Below are positions 8,317 through 17,603 of a stretch of DNA of 64,000 nt, piece by piece. The notes beneath the pieces are model-generated. The model was given only the letters and a program-made list of their open reading frames with translations. It was not told where the DNA came from and did no database searches. The position numbers were made by a program, and so were the translations under genes. Within the stretch, counting starts at the first letter, position 1. The number at the start of each line of letters is the position of its first letter. The DNA comes from Candidatus Calditenuis fumarioli (GTDB lineage: Archaea; Thermoproteota; Nitrososphaeria_A; Caldarchaeales; Calditenuaceae): positions 321,441-385,440 of the forward strand of contig JANVYR010000002.1 of assembly GCA_030059665.1 (NCBI GenBank), given 5' to 3'.

Positions 8317-10113
8317 TTAACTACCCTCCTTCCGCTCCGGGCCGGATGTCCCCTGCTGGTAGGAGGCGTAGAGCAGCCTACCTATCTCCTGGGAGACGCG
8401 CTTCAGCTCCTCCATCTTCTCCTTTATCTTTCCGGTGTCCTCGCCCTTCATCACCTCCCTCAGTGCCTCTACGGCCTTCCCTACCCTCTCCTTGACGTCC
8501 GAGGGTATGCGGTCGCCGTACTCCCGGAGGGCCTTCTCGACCGAGTAGATCAGCGACTCGGCCTCGTTCCTGGTCTCGATCAGCTCCTTCCTCTTCCTGT
8601 CCTGCTCCGCGAACTCCTGCGCCTCCTTGATCATCCGCTCGATCTGATCCTTCGTGAGCCTGTGGGGAGCGACGATCTTAGCCTCGACCTGCTTGCCGGT
8701 TCCGAGGTCCTTGGCGATGACCGTCAGTATGCCGTCGGCGTTGATGTCAAAGGTCACCTCTATCCTCGGGACTCCCCTCGGTGCCGGAGGTATACCGTCG
8801 AGGATCAGCTGGCCGAGCGAGATGTTGTCCTTCGCCAAAGGCCGCTCGCCCTGAACGACGTGGACGACGACCGAGGTCTGGAAGTCTGCGGCTGTCGTGA
8901 AGACCTTGCTCCTCCTCACGGGTATCGTGGTGTTCCTCTCGATGATCGGCTCCACGAGCCCTCCGAGGACCTCGACGCCGAGCGTGAGGGGCGTGACGTC
9001 GAGCAGCACTATGTCCTTCCCCGTCATCTCTCCCGAGATTATCGCGGCCTGTATCGCCGCACCTATCGCGACCGCCTCCATCGGGTCCACCCCCCTCTCC
9101 GGCTCCTTCCCCAGGACCTCCTTCAGGAACTCCCTGACGATCGGCATCCTCGTGGGTCCACCGATCAGTATGATCTTGTCGATGTCCTCGGGCCTGAGCT
9201 TGGCGTCCTGGAGAGCCTGCATTATCGGACCCCTGCACCTCTCCACGATCGGCCTGACGAGCTCCTCGAGCTTTGCCCTGGTTATCGTCATCTGGAGGTG
9301 CTTCGGCCCTGAGGAGTCGAAGGCTATGAACGGCAAATTGATCTCCGTCTCGTAGACTGATGAGAGCTCTATCTTGGCCTTCTCGACCGCCTCCCTCAGC
9401 CTGTTCATCGCCTGCGGGTCCCTGGTCAGGTCTATCCCGGTCTGCTTCCTGAACTCCTCGACCACGTACCTGAGGAGGGCCTCGTCCATGTCCCTCCCTC
9501 CCAGCTGCGTGTCGCCCGACGTCGCCTTCACCTCGAAGACACCCTGACCCATCTCCATGATCGTGACGTCCAGCGTTCCCCCTCCGAGGTCGAATACCAG
9601 TATCCTCAACTCCTGCTCCAGCTTGTCGAGCCCGTATGCGAGGGCCGCGGCCGTCGGCTCGTTGATCAGCCTCACCACCTCGAGGCCCGCTATAGTCGCG
9701 GCGTCCTTCGTGGCCTGCCGCTGGTTGTCGTTGAAGTAAGCTGGCACCGTTATCACGGCCTTCTTCACCGGCTCTCCCAGGAAGGCCTCCGCGTCCCGCT
9801 TGATCTTCTGCAGCAGGAAGGCCGAGAGCTGCTGGGGCGTGAACTCTTTTCCGTGGAGGACGTACTTGTAATCGGTTCCCATCTTCCTCTTCCATCCCGT
9901 CACGGTGCCCTCCGGGTTCATCACCGCCTGCCTCCTCGCGGGCTCCCCCACCAGCAGCTGGCCGTCCTTGGTGAGTGCGACGTACGAGGGGAAGTACTTG
10001 CCGTAAGGCGTGAGGCCCTCGCTGCTAGGGATGATCACCGGCCTCCCTCCTATGACCACCGCTGCCGCCGAGCTCGTCGTCCCTAGGTCAATTCCTATTA
10101 TCTTCTCTGGCAT
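8317..10113 (-). CDS. dnaK: Molecular chaperone DnaK (Hsp70)
   Basis: [23 protein letters not shown] and full length of 598 aa. Confidence 0.95.
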   Translation of the reverse strand: MPEKIIGIDLGTTSSAAAVVIGGRPVIIPSSEGLTPYGKYFPSYVALTKDGQLLVGEPARRQAVMNPEGTVTGWKRKMGTDYKYVLHGKEFTPQQLSAFLLQKIKRDAEAFLGEPVKKAVITVPAYFNDNQRQATKDAATIAGLEVVRLINEPTAAALAYGLDKLEQELRILVFDLGGGTLDVTIMEMGQGVFEVKATSGDTQLGGRDMDEALLRYVVEEFRKQTGIDLTRDPQAMNRLREAVEKAKIELSSVYETEINLPFIAFDSSGPKHLQMTITRAKLEELVRPIVERCRGPIMQALQDAKLRPEDIDKIILIGGPTRMPIVREFLKEVLGKEPERGVDPMEAVAIGAAIQAAIISGEMTGKDIVLLDVTPLTLGVEVLGGLVEPIIERNTTIPVRRSKVFTTAADFQTSVVVHVVQGERPLAKDNISLGQLILDGIPPAPRGVPRIEVTFDINADGILTVIAKDLGTGKQVEAKIVAPHRLTKDQIERMIKEAQEFAEQDRKRKELIETRNEAESLIYSVEKALREYGDRIPSDVKERVGKAVEALREVMKGEDTGKIKEKMEELKRVSQEIGRLLYASYQQGTSGPERKEGS

Positions 10114-10434
10114 ATACCACCACCCGTTCGTTCAGTTCCAGCCGAATTTAGGGTTAAACGCCCTCGGACCCCCATGACGGGTACTACATCAAGTAGTCGT
10201 GCGTCCGCTGGCGCCTCTGTTTGGACCGACTCGCTGAGAAGCCGTGCCAATCCTCTATTACGCCACGACTTTCTCAAATTGAGCGATTGTGGGCAGACCG
10301 TGTCATCAGGGTCGAAGGAGGGAAGGAACGGAGAAGGAAGGACCTTACCGATGATCGATAGAGTCCAACCCATTGTTCTACTGACTTGTCAGCTTACAAC
10401 AAAACCCTTCCACGACAAGCCAATGATTGGTATA

Positions 10435-10506
10435 TGCCCCGGGTGGGATTCGAACCCACGACCTACCGGTCTTCAGCCGGTCGCTCTCCCACTGAGCTAC
10501 CGGGGC
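10435..10506 (-). tRNA. tRNA-Phe (anticodon GAA)
   Basis: GCCCCGG TA GCTC AGTGGGA GAGC G ACCGG CTGAAGA CCGGT AGGTC GTGGG TTCGAAT CCCAC CCGGGGC A. Confidence 0.85.
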
Positions 10507-10529
10507 ACACCCACGACAGGGTACAGCGA

Positions 10530-10539
10530 ATTTAAAAAC
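10530..10539 (-). promoter_or_regulatory. TATA-like box (GTTTTTAAAT) ~25-30 nt upstream of tRNA-Phe
   Basis: AT-rich octamer at the archaeal promoter distance from the mature tRNA 5' end. Confidence 0.35.
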
Positions 10540-10707
10540 ATGGACCTGTGAGTCCTGTCCAGCGAAAGAACGGGTGTCACAGAGTCTAAAGCGGGTCCGC
10601 TGACCCATCGCGGAACGGAACGAAATCGCATCTGAACACGACCGTAACCGTCTTTTCCACATAACGCAATCAAGAGAAAATCGAGGCTCGTTGGGTCGGA
10701 GAACCGG

Positions 10708-11001
10708 TCACGACGTCAGGATGAAGAACGCGATCGCGATGCCGTAGATCGCGAGGGCCTCGGCGAACGCCGCGATGATGATGGCGACGGTGCGGAGCTC
10801 CGGCCTCTCGGCGGAAGCGGCGAGACCTGCAGAACCTGCCCTCGATATCGCGAAGCCTGACGCGGCAACGGCCACAGCGAAGGCTATCGCAGCCGAGAAC
10901 GACTTGTCCAACACCGCGGCACCTGCCTGCTCAACCGCGTATGCGAGCTGCAGCAGCCACGCCCCGAGCAGCAGTGCGGGAAGCAACCTCAGAGTCCTCA
11001 T
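10708..11001 (-). CDS. A/V-type ATP synthase proteolipid (c/K) subunit-like protein, solitary
   Basis: Two-helix hairpin. The Gly/Ala-rich helix 1 is followed by ERPEL and a helix-2 carboxylate (AFAEALAIYGIAIAF). No other atp genes are adjacent. Confidence 0.55.
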   Translation of the reverse strand: MRTLRLLPALLLGAWLLQLAYAVEQAGAAVLDKSFSAAIAFAVAVAASGFAISRAGSAGLAASAERPELRTVAIIIAAFAEALAIYGIAIAFFILTS

Positions 11002-11138
11002 GGGTTTTCGCGGATATCACATAAGGGCTATTCTTAAACCTCGTGACGTACGGAATTCCGGCGAAAGGCTCGGGCGATGGGGCTTTCGCAGGAAAGGGAT
11101 AATAGATCGCTGAGGGAGACATCTCGGGGTCGGGAGGA

Positions 11139-11456
11139 ATGGAGTACGTCTACGCGGCGCTTCTCCTGCACCGGCTCGGGAAGCCGATAGACGAGCAGAA
11201 CGTGAGGAAGGTGATCGAGGCCGCTGGAGGGACGGTTGACGAGGTCAGGCTGAAGTCGCTGGTGGCCGCGCTGCAGGGGATCAACATCGATGAGGTCCTG
11301 AAGAGCGCGACGGCTGCTCCGGTCGTTGCCGCACCTGTTGCTGCACCGGCGGCACATGCAGCCGCACCCGCTGCGGAGGCCGCACCCAAGGAGGAGAAGA
11401 AGGAGGAGAAGAAAGAGGAGGAGGCCCTCTCCGGGCTGGCGGCGCTCTTCGGCTGA
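11139..11456 (+). CDS. Ribosomal stalk protein P1 (aP1/L12e)
   Basis: Ala/Pro hinge then the acidic tail [21 protein letters not shown]. Confidence 0.9.
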   Translation: MEYVYAALLLHRLGKPIDEQNVRKVIEAAGGTVDEVRLKSLVAALQGINIDEVLKSATAAPVVAAPVAAPAAHAAAPAAEAAPKEEKKEEKKEEEALSGLAALFG

Positions 11457-11553
11457 GGCCGTTAACCCCAGGGGAACCGCGAGCCCACTTTTTCGCTCTG
11501 GTCCGGAGTTTCCTGGTAGGCTGCTTGATGAGTCCAGGACCGAAATAAGGGAT

Positions 11554-14370
11554 ATGTCCAACGAGAGCTCACAGGATAGCTTGGAGTTGGAGTTCGACGA
11601 GAGCCACTACGTGACCGGCTACCTCCGGGAGAGGGGGTTCGTCAGGAGGAGGTGCAGGGTGTGCGGCAAGCACTTCTGGACGCTCGATCCGGAGAGGGAC
11701 AACTGCAACGAGGCCCCCTGTGTTCCGTACGAGTTCATCGGCAACCCGCCGACCAGCAGGAGCTTCACGCTGGACGGGATGAGGGACGCCTTCATCGGCT
11801 TCTTCGAGGAGCACGGCCACACGCCGATAGACCCGTACCCGGTCGTTCCCAGGTGGAGGAGGGACCTCTTCCTGGTCTCGGCCAGCATAGTCGACTTCCA
11901 GCCCCACGTCACCTCGGGACTGATGGAGCCGCCCGCGAACCCTCTGGTGGTGAGCCAGCCCTGCATCAGGCTGGTGGACGTCGACAAGGTGGGCCTCACG
12001 CTCGGCAGGCACATGACGGTCTTCGAGATGGGAGGGGCCCACGCCTTCAACTTCCCGGGAAGGGAGGTCTACTGGAAGGACAGGACCGTCGAGCTCTGCT
12101 CGGAGTTCCTCGAGAGGCTGGGCGTCAGCGAGGAGGAGGTGGTTTACAAGGAGGGCGTGTGGAGCGGCGGCGGCAACGCTGGTCCCTGCTTCGAGGTGAA
12201 CGTCGGGGGACTTGAGGTGGCGACGCTGGTCTTCATGAGCTACAGGGTGGCCGACGGACGGCTCGAGGAGCTTCCTGTCAGGACCGTCGACACAGGCTAC
12301 GGCATAGAGCGGTTCACCTGGCTCAGCAACGGCACGCCAACGGCCTTCGAGGTCGTTTACGCCGACGTGATCCAGAGGGCCAAGGAGCTGCTCGGTAGGT
12401 ACGAGCTTGACAGGGATTTCCTGATGAGGTACGGCCGTTACTCCGCCTGGATCCAGCCTGGAGGCGAGGTGACGGTCTCGGAGGCCAGGAGGAGGGCCGC
12501 TGAGCTGGCAGGCGTTGACCTCGACTCGGTGCTCCCGCAGCTCGAGGCGCTCGAGAGGTTCTACGCGGCCCTGGACTACTCGAAGTCGATCGCGTTCATC
12601 CTCTCCGAGGGCGTCGTCCCCTCCAACACCAAGGTCGGTTACCTCGCCCGGCTGCTGATCAGGAGGCTTCACAGGACCCTCACCCACCTGAACGCGCAGG
12701 ACAGGATCCTCGACCTCCTGGACCTACAGCTGAACCATTGGGGGAGGAGGTTCAGGCAGCTGCTGGAGGCGAGGGACGACGTCCTTGAGTTGGTCGACTA
12801 CGAGGTCAGGAGGTTCGCCGAGACGCTGGAGAAGGGAAGGCAGCACCTCGAGAGGACCCTGAGGGAGCTGAAGGCGAGGGGAGGGGCCGTTACGACCGAG
12901 ACGATGATCAGGCTCTACGACGAGCGGGGCCTTCCGCCGGACCTCGTCAGGGAGGTGGCCGGGAAGCTCGGGGTGAGGGTGGAGGCGCCGGAGAACGTCC
13001 AAGAGATCGTCGCCAGCATGCACATGTCGGAGGCCCAGAGGGAGGAGGTCCAGGACCCGAGGGAGGCCAGGGCGAGGGAGCTGATCAGGGGGCTTCCCCA
13101 GACCGAGCGGCTCTACTACCTCGACCAGTACAGGACGGAGTTCGAGTCGAGGGTCCTCGCGGCAGCCGACGGCATGGTGGTCCTCGAGGCGACCTGCTTC
13201 TACCCGGAGGGCGGAGGGCAGGTGGCGGACACGGGCGTCATACGTCACGGGAGAGGGGAGTGCAGGGTCCTCGACGTCCAGTCCTACGACGGCGTAATCG
13301 TCCACTTCGTTGAGGGCGTCCTTCCTGAGCCAGGGGAGGTGGTGAGGGGAGAGGTCGACAGGGAGAGGCGGCTGAGCATCATGCGCCATCACACCGCCAC
13401 CCACATCCTGATCGGGACCGTGAGGAGGGTGTTGGGGAGACACGCTTGGCAGATGGGCGCGAGGAAGGAGGAGGGGAGGGCGAGGCTCGACGTCAGCCAC
13501 CACAGGCCCCTGACCCCGGAGGACGTCGCGAGGATAGAGCGCGTGGCGAACGAGGTGGTGGCGCGGAGGCTTCCGGTGGAGGTCAGGTGGTACGACAGGC
13601 ACGAGGCCGAGAGGCTCTTCGGCTTCACCCTCTACCAGGGTGGGGAGGCCCCTGCTGGACAGGTCAGGGTCGTGAACATCCCCGGGTGGGACGCTGAGGC
13701 CTGCGGCGGCACCCACTGCGCCAACACCTCCGAGGTCGGCTTCATCAAGATCATCGGAACCGAGAAGATCGCGGACGGCGTCGTCAGGCTCGAGTACGCC
13801 GCAGGTCCCGCAGCGCTCAGCTACGTCCAGTCGAGGATCTCCGAGCTCGAGGAGAGGGCCGAGCGGTCGGAGCGGTCGGAGCGGGAGGTCAGCACCTTCG
13901 CCGAGAAGCTCTTCAGGTCCATGGAGGCCGAGGACCCGTCGGATCCGTCAAGGCACGTTGAGTACCTCAGGGCACACTACGCAGCGGCCGCTAGATACTG
14001 GATGGCCTTCAGGAGGTACCAGAAGGAGGAGGACGTCGAGGGCGTGCGGGTGATCTTCGACTTCGTCCAGACGAGGAACCAGATGGTGGTGGAGGAGATG
14101 CTCCAGCAGGTCACGTCGGTCCAAGTGCCGGCCGCCGTGCTCCTGGTGAGGTCCTCCGGCCGCAAGCTCGAGTTCTGGCTCTCCCTTAACAGGCAGGCCC
14201 TCAGCTCGGGACTGTCCCCCCCGTCGCTCGTCGACGAGCTGAGGAGCTGGCGCCAGGACGTCCGGATCGAGGCCTCCGAGAGGACGCTGAGGGGAGAGGT
14301 GGAGAGCGCGAAGGTCGGGGACCTCTACGGAGCTGTCGTGGGGGCCATCAGGAAGGTCAGGAGCCGATGA
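11554..14370 (+). CDS. alaS: Alanyl-tRNA synthetase
   Basis: Archaeal-type N-terminus, HTATHIL editing motif and C-Ala domain; 939 aa from the ATG at 11554. Confidence 0.95.
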   Translation: MSNESSQDSLELEFDESHYVTGYLRERGFVRRRCRVCGKHFWTLDPERDNCNEAPCVPYEFIGNPPTSRSFTLDGMRDAFIGFFEEHGHTPIDPYPVVPRWRRDLFLVSASIVDFQPHVTSGLMEPPANPLVVSQPCIRLVDVDKVGLTLGRHMTVFEMGGAHAFNFPGREVYWKDRTVELCSEFLERLGVSEEEVVYKEGVWSGGGNAGPCFEVNVGGLEVATLVFMSYRVADGRLEELPVRTVDTGYGIERFTWLSNGTPTAFEVVYADVIQRAKELLGRYELDRDFLMRYGRYSAWIQPGGEVTVSEARRRAAELAGVDLDSVLPQLEALERFYAALDYSKSIAFILSEGVVPSNTKVGYLARLLIRRLHRTLTHLNAQDRILDLLDLQLNHWGRRFRQLLEARDDVLELVDYEVRRFAETLEKGRQHLERTLRELKARGGAVTTETMIRLYDERGLPPDLVREVAGKLGVRVEAPENVQEIVASMHMSEAQREEVQDPREARARELIRGLPQTERLYYLDQYRTEFESRVLAAADGMVVLEATCFYPEGGGQVADTGVIRHGRGECRVLDVQSYDGVIVHFVEGVLPEPGEVVRGEVDRERRLSIMRHHTATHILIGTVRRVLGRHAWQMGARKEEGRARLDVSHHRPLTPEDVARIERVANEVVARRLPVEVRWYDRHEAERLFGFTLYQGGEAPAGQVRVVNIPGWDAEACGGTHCANTSEVGFIKIIGTEKIADGVVRLEYAAGPAALSYVQSRISELEERAERSERSEREVSTFAEKLFRSMEAEDPSDPSRHVEYLRAHYAAAARYWMAFRRYQKEEDVEGVRVIFDFVQTRNQMVVEEMLQQVTSVQVPAAVLLVRSSGRKLEFWLSLNRQALSSGLSPPSLVDELRSWRQDVRIEASERTLRGEVESAKVGDLYGAVVGAIRKVRSR

Positions 14371-15217
14371 GCCTCGCGAGGGCCTGAGCCCTGGCCTCCG
14401 CTGTCCTAAGAACGTGCTCCACCGTCTCGCTGGTTACGTACCCTGCCTCCGTCGCGAGCGAGACGGCCCTCCTCTGGGCGAGCACCAGCAGGTCAGCAAT
14501 CACCTCCGGCTCGGGAACGCCCAGCTCTATCAGCAGCAGCCTGGCGCTGGCATGACACGAGGCCAGGTCCCTCCTTACGGAGTCCAGGTCCAGCACGAGG
14601 TCCTCGGCCCTGATCACCAGCTCGCCGTCGACGGCCGCGATCACGTTGAGACCCCTGTAGACCGCGGGGATGTCGAGCTTTGCCAGGAGGCTCGCGAGGG
14701 CCGGGCTGATTTCGTCGCCCTTCTTCGCCACCACCGTCTCCTTCGCTATCCATATCGTCCCTCCCTCGATCCTGGTAGGTATCCGAAGCTTCCCGAACTC
14801 CGATAGGATCGGGCCTGGCGGGATGCCCGTGTTCATCGGCGGCACAACCACGTCCACATCTGCTTTCTCGCCGGCCTTCGGCGGCGTCAGGATCCTGCCC
14901 TGATCGATCTCGATCTTCAGCCGGAACGGGTTCAGTTCGGTGACTATGAAGCCCACCGGCGTCTTGAGGCCCCTCAGTAGATCGGCCAGGGCCTTCCTCC
15001 CGGCCCTCTCGGCCGCGATCGCGGCCAGCGTCTTCTTCGCGACCCTGACCACCGCCCTGCCGCGGAGGGTGACCCTGAAGCGCTGGAGGACGTCGGTGCT
15101 CGTCCTGGTCAGGTCCAAAACCACCACTACCGGCTTCTCCCTGAAGAGCCTCTCCAGCAGCTCGATCTCCCTCGCCTTCCTCTCCCTCGGCCGCAGCAGA
15201 GTTCTCTGGACCGCCAT
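14357..15217 (-). CDS. Ribosomal stalk protein P0 (uL10), lacking C-terminal acidic tail
   Basis: Collinear with archaeal P0 through both domains. It ends at ...AQALARLIGS, convergently overlapping alaS. Confidence 0.8.
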   Translation of the reverse strand: MAVQRTLLRPRERKAREIELLERLFREKPVVVVLDLTRTSTDVLQRFRVTLRGRAVVRVAKKTLAAIAAERAGRKALADLLRGLKTPVGFIVTELNPFRLKIEIDQGRILTPPKAGEKADVDVVVPPMNTGIPPGPILSEFGKLRIPTRIEGGTIWIAKETVVAKKGDEISPALASLLAKLDIPAVYRGLNVIAAVDGELVIRAEDLVLDLDSVRRDLASCHASARLLLIELGVPEPEVIADLLVLAQRRAVSLATEAGYVTSETVEHVLRTAEARAQALARLIGS

Positions 15218-15363
15218 CCACGGGTGGGAGCTCCAGCCTCATTAAATAGCTAATGAGATCGGGCGCCGAAGGGTCAGACGGCCGTCGTGGAAGCTCAACG
15301 GTCAACCTCCGCAACGAAGAGAGCGTCATGTGAGCACCATCGGGTTCTAACGGACGGAACGAG

Positions 15364-16230
15364 TTGCGACCTGATCCCCGTTCCATCTTCACACGGTTAT
15401 ATAGCATCGGCCGGAGGTCGATTCGGGAACGTAGCTTGGCCGAGAAGCTGAAGAGGGAGTTCATAGAGCTGCTGGAGAAGGACGTCGAGTTCAGGTACAC
15501 CGTTGCAGGCTACCTCGGCCTGTCTGAGATTCTGAAGAGGCTTGACAGACACGAGTCCCACATACTCGAGATACTGAAGAGGCTCGACAGGCTGGAGGAG
15601 AATCAAAACAGGCTATGGGAGAACCAGAACAAGCTCTGGGAGGAGGTGAGGAACCTTCGCGAGGGTCAGAACAGACTGTGGGAGAATGTTAACAGGCTGT
15701 GGGAGGAGGTCAGAGCGCTTAGGGAGGGACAGGAGAGGCTGTGGGAGAGCGTGAGGCGACTCGAGGAGAACCAAAGCAGACTGTGGGAGGAGCACAGGCG
15801 TCTGAGGGAGTACGTCAAGGCAGGATTCAGGGACCTCTCGATGGCCCTGGGCGTGACCTTCGAGATGCACGCGTCGTCCTTCCTGGAACTGCTACTTGAG
15901 GAGATGGGATACCCTCAGGCGAGGGTCGAGAAGAAGTACCTGGTTGAAGACGGAGAGGTGATTGAGATAGACATGTTCTGCGAGGAACCTCTCGTAGTCG
16001 GTGAGGTCACTACTCACATAGCGACCGCAGAGGCAGCGAAGGCGGAGGTCGAGAAGCTGCTCAGGAGGGTGAGGCTGGTGGAGAGGAAGTACGGGAGGAA
16101 GGTCGATCTGATCGTTCTGACGGCTTCCACGGTGACCCCAGAGGCCCACGAGGAGCTGAGGAGGTCGTCGAAAGAGCACGGGATAAGGCTGGTCCTGGGA
16201 AGGGAGATAAAGGAGAGGTTGACGATCTGA
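15364..16230 (+). CDS. Coiled-coil heptad-repeat protein with C-terminal PD-(D/E)xK-like (restriction-endonuclease-fold) domain
   Basis: Ten consecutive heptads of the form xxxRLWE. The C-terminus VEDGEVIEIDMFCEEPLVVGEVTTHI...KVDLIVLTAS resembles archaeal DUF3782-type nuclease-fold proteins. Confidence 0.55.
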   Translation: MRPDPRSIFTRLYSIGRRSIRERSLAEKLKREFIELLEKDVEFRYTVAGYLGLSEILKRLDRHESHILEILKRLDRLEENQNRLWENQNKLWEEVRNLREGQNRLWENVNRLWEEVRALREGQERLWESVRRLEENQSRLWEEHRRLREYVKAGFRDLSMALGVTFEMHASSFLELLLEEMGYPQARVEKKYLVEDGEVIEIDMFCEEPLVVGEVTTHIATAEAAKAEVEKLLRRVRLVERKYGRKVDLIVLTASTVTPEAHEELRRSSKEHGIRLVLGREIKERLTI

Positions 16231-16253
16231 CAGCGCCTCCTCAAGTGCTTACG

Positions 16254-16263
16254 TTTAAATTAA
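16254..16263 (+). promoter_or_regulatory. TATA box (TTTAAATTAA) ~30 nt upstream of initiator tRNA
   Basis: AT-rich box at the canonical archaeal spacing. Confidence 0.4.
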
Positions 16264-16287
16264 GCGCTCGGAAATAGCTTGATGGAT

Positions 16288-16363
16288 AGCGGGGTAGGGT
16301 AGCCAGGTCTATCCCGCCGGGCTCATAACCCGGAGATCGGTGGTTCAAATCCACCCCCCGCTA
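16288..16363 (+). tRNA. Initiator tRNA-Met (anticodon CAU, A1:U72)
   Basis: Acceptor AGCGGGG...CCCCGCU, anticodon arm CCGGG CTCATAA CCCGG, T-arm GGTGGTTCAAATCCACC. Confidence 0.85.
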
Positions 16364-16725
16364 CACGAATGTTACCCCTCGTCGGGCCAAAGGGCACAAC
16401 GTCTTCACACGTCCTTGAAACACCAAAGGCTCGATCGCGCTCAAACCCCGCACCTCGTAGTCCTCCCTACTCGTTCGGGACGCTTACAGCTTGACCTCAG
16501 GGGACCCGTTACCCCCGAAACTACCCGAGGACAGCACGCTCCCGGTCTGGACGCTGTACGACACGCGATCAAGGTCCTTCGAGCTCCTCTACTATCACGG
16601 AGATGATGAAATAGCGGGTGGCAAACGTCGTTTCACAGCACAGCCCCACTCTGTACAGTAGCTGGAACCAGAACCAAGGGTTAGCTGGAGCAGCGGTGAT
16701 AAGGAGGTGCTACTAGGTCAAGGCG

Positions 16726-17178
16726 ATGGAAGGCTGGGCCATAAGGAGGGACCTGGTTCTGGTGGCGCTGCTGGAGGGACCGAAGACGTTGAGCGAGCTG
16801 TCCCGGGTCACGGGGCTGAGCAGGTCCGAGCTGGAGGCCACACTTCTCTCCCTGAAGGTCGCCGGGCTGGTGCTGGAGCAGGAGGCGAGGGGACTGATCA
16901 GGAGGAAAACGGTGTACTCGCTGACCGAGCAGGGGCGCAAAGAGGCCAAGGAGGCGAGGTCCAGGATCGAGCGGATAGCTCAGGAGGTGACGCAGAAGGT
17001 CGAGGAGGGAGACGATGAAGGCCTCGAGGAGTTGCTGACGGCCTACGTGCTCTTCCTCCCTCTTCTGATGCACCTCCACCTGCTCGATGTGGCTCTTCTG
17101 CAGCAGCTGGGGGATATCAACGACTGGGCGCCCGAGGGGGAGAAGTCAGGCGACGAGCTGGAGGACACTTGGATCTGA
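16726..17178 (+). CDS. Winged-helix (PadR/MarR-like) transcriptional regulator
   Basis: N-terminal wHTH (LLEGPKTLSELSRVTGLSRSELEATLLSLKVAGLV) and an acidic C-terminus. Confidence 0.6.
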   Translation: MEGWAIRRDLVLVALLEGPKTLSELSRVTGLSRSELEATLLSLKVAGLVLEQEARGLIRRKTVYSLTEQGRKEAKEARSRIERIAQEVTQKVEEGDDEGLEELLTAYVLFLPLLMHLHLLDVALLQQLGDINDWAPEGEKSGDELEDTWI

Positions 17179-17603
17179 CCGAGTCTCAGGGCCGTGCGGA
17201 GGCCCACCCAAGCGGATGCTGATTTGATGCGTCCGCGGGACACGAGCAGCGAGGTGGCTATGACCGCGGGCTGGGCTACCACGGCGACCACGTAACCGGG
17301 CAGGCTGAAGAGGTAGGCGGCGAACTCCAAATATGTGGTCCCGAACTCGGGTGCGGTCAGCACGTCTCCCAGGAACAGCGCGAGCTTGATGAGCGCCCAG
17401 AGCGCGAGCAGCCTCCTGCGCAGCTGAAACCTCGGCGAGAAGAGCGTGTAGGCGAGTAGGTCGACAACGGTGATGGCGATCAGCCCGTAGGCGTGACCGG
17501 GCGCGACCGTCCAGAGCTCAGCGTCCGTCAGCAGCAGCCAGACCTGACCCGCTATCGAGGCGGTGTGCGGTATCAGCGGCGCGATCTCCGCCTTAGAGCC
17601 CAT
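17043..17603 (-). CDS. Hypothetical membrane protein (C-terminal 45 aa low-complexity, overlaps convergent regulator gene)
   Basis: Four or five TM helices. The tail is Ser/Arg-rich. Confidence 0.35.
   Translation of the reverse strand: MGSKAEIAPLIPHTASIAGQVWLLLTDAELWTVAPGHAYGLIAITVVDLLAYTLFSPRFQLRRRLLALWALIKLALFLGDVLTAPEFGTTYLEFAAYLFSLPGYVVAVVAQPAVIATSLLVSRGRIKSASAWVGLRTALRLGQIQVSSSSSPDFSPSGAQSLISPSCCRRATSSRWRCIRRGRKST

Noticed and set aside
8747-9895. 382-aa ORF inside dnaK; similar GC-rich shadow ORFs at 4452..5732, 12724..13716, 31567..33429, 35673..37679
   Set aside because: These are off-frame shadows of well-supported genes with Arg/Gly/Pro/Asp-biased composition.
11326-11553. 5' extension of the alaS ORF overlapping the P1 gene
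   Set aside because: It is Arg/Pro-rich translation of the antisense or offset frame of P1. The conserved AlaRS N-terminus begins at the ATG at 11554.
16590-16660. Possible box C/D sRNA (AUGAUGA at 16594)
   Set aside because: No D' or D box (CUGA) at the proper spacing and no terminal kink-turn pairing.
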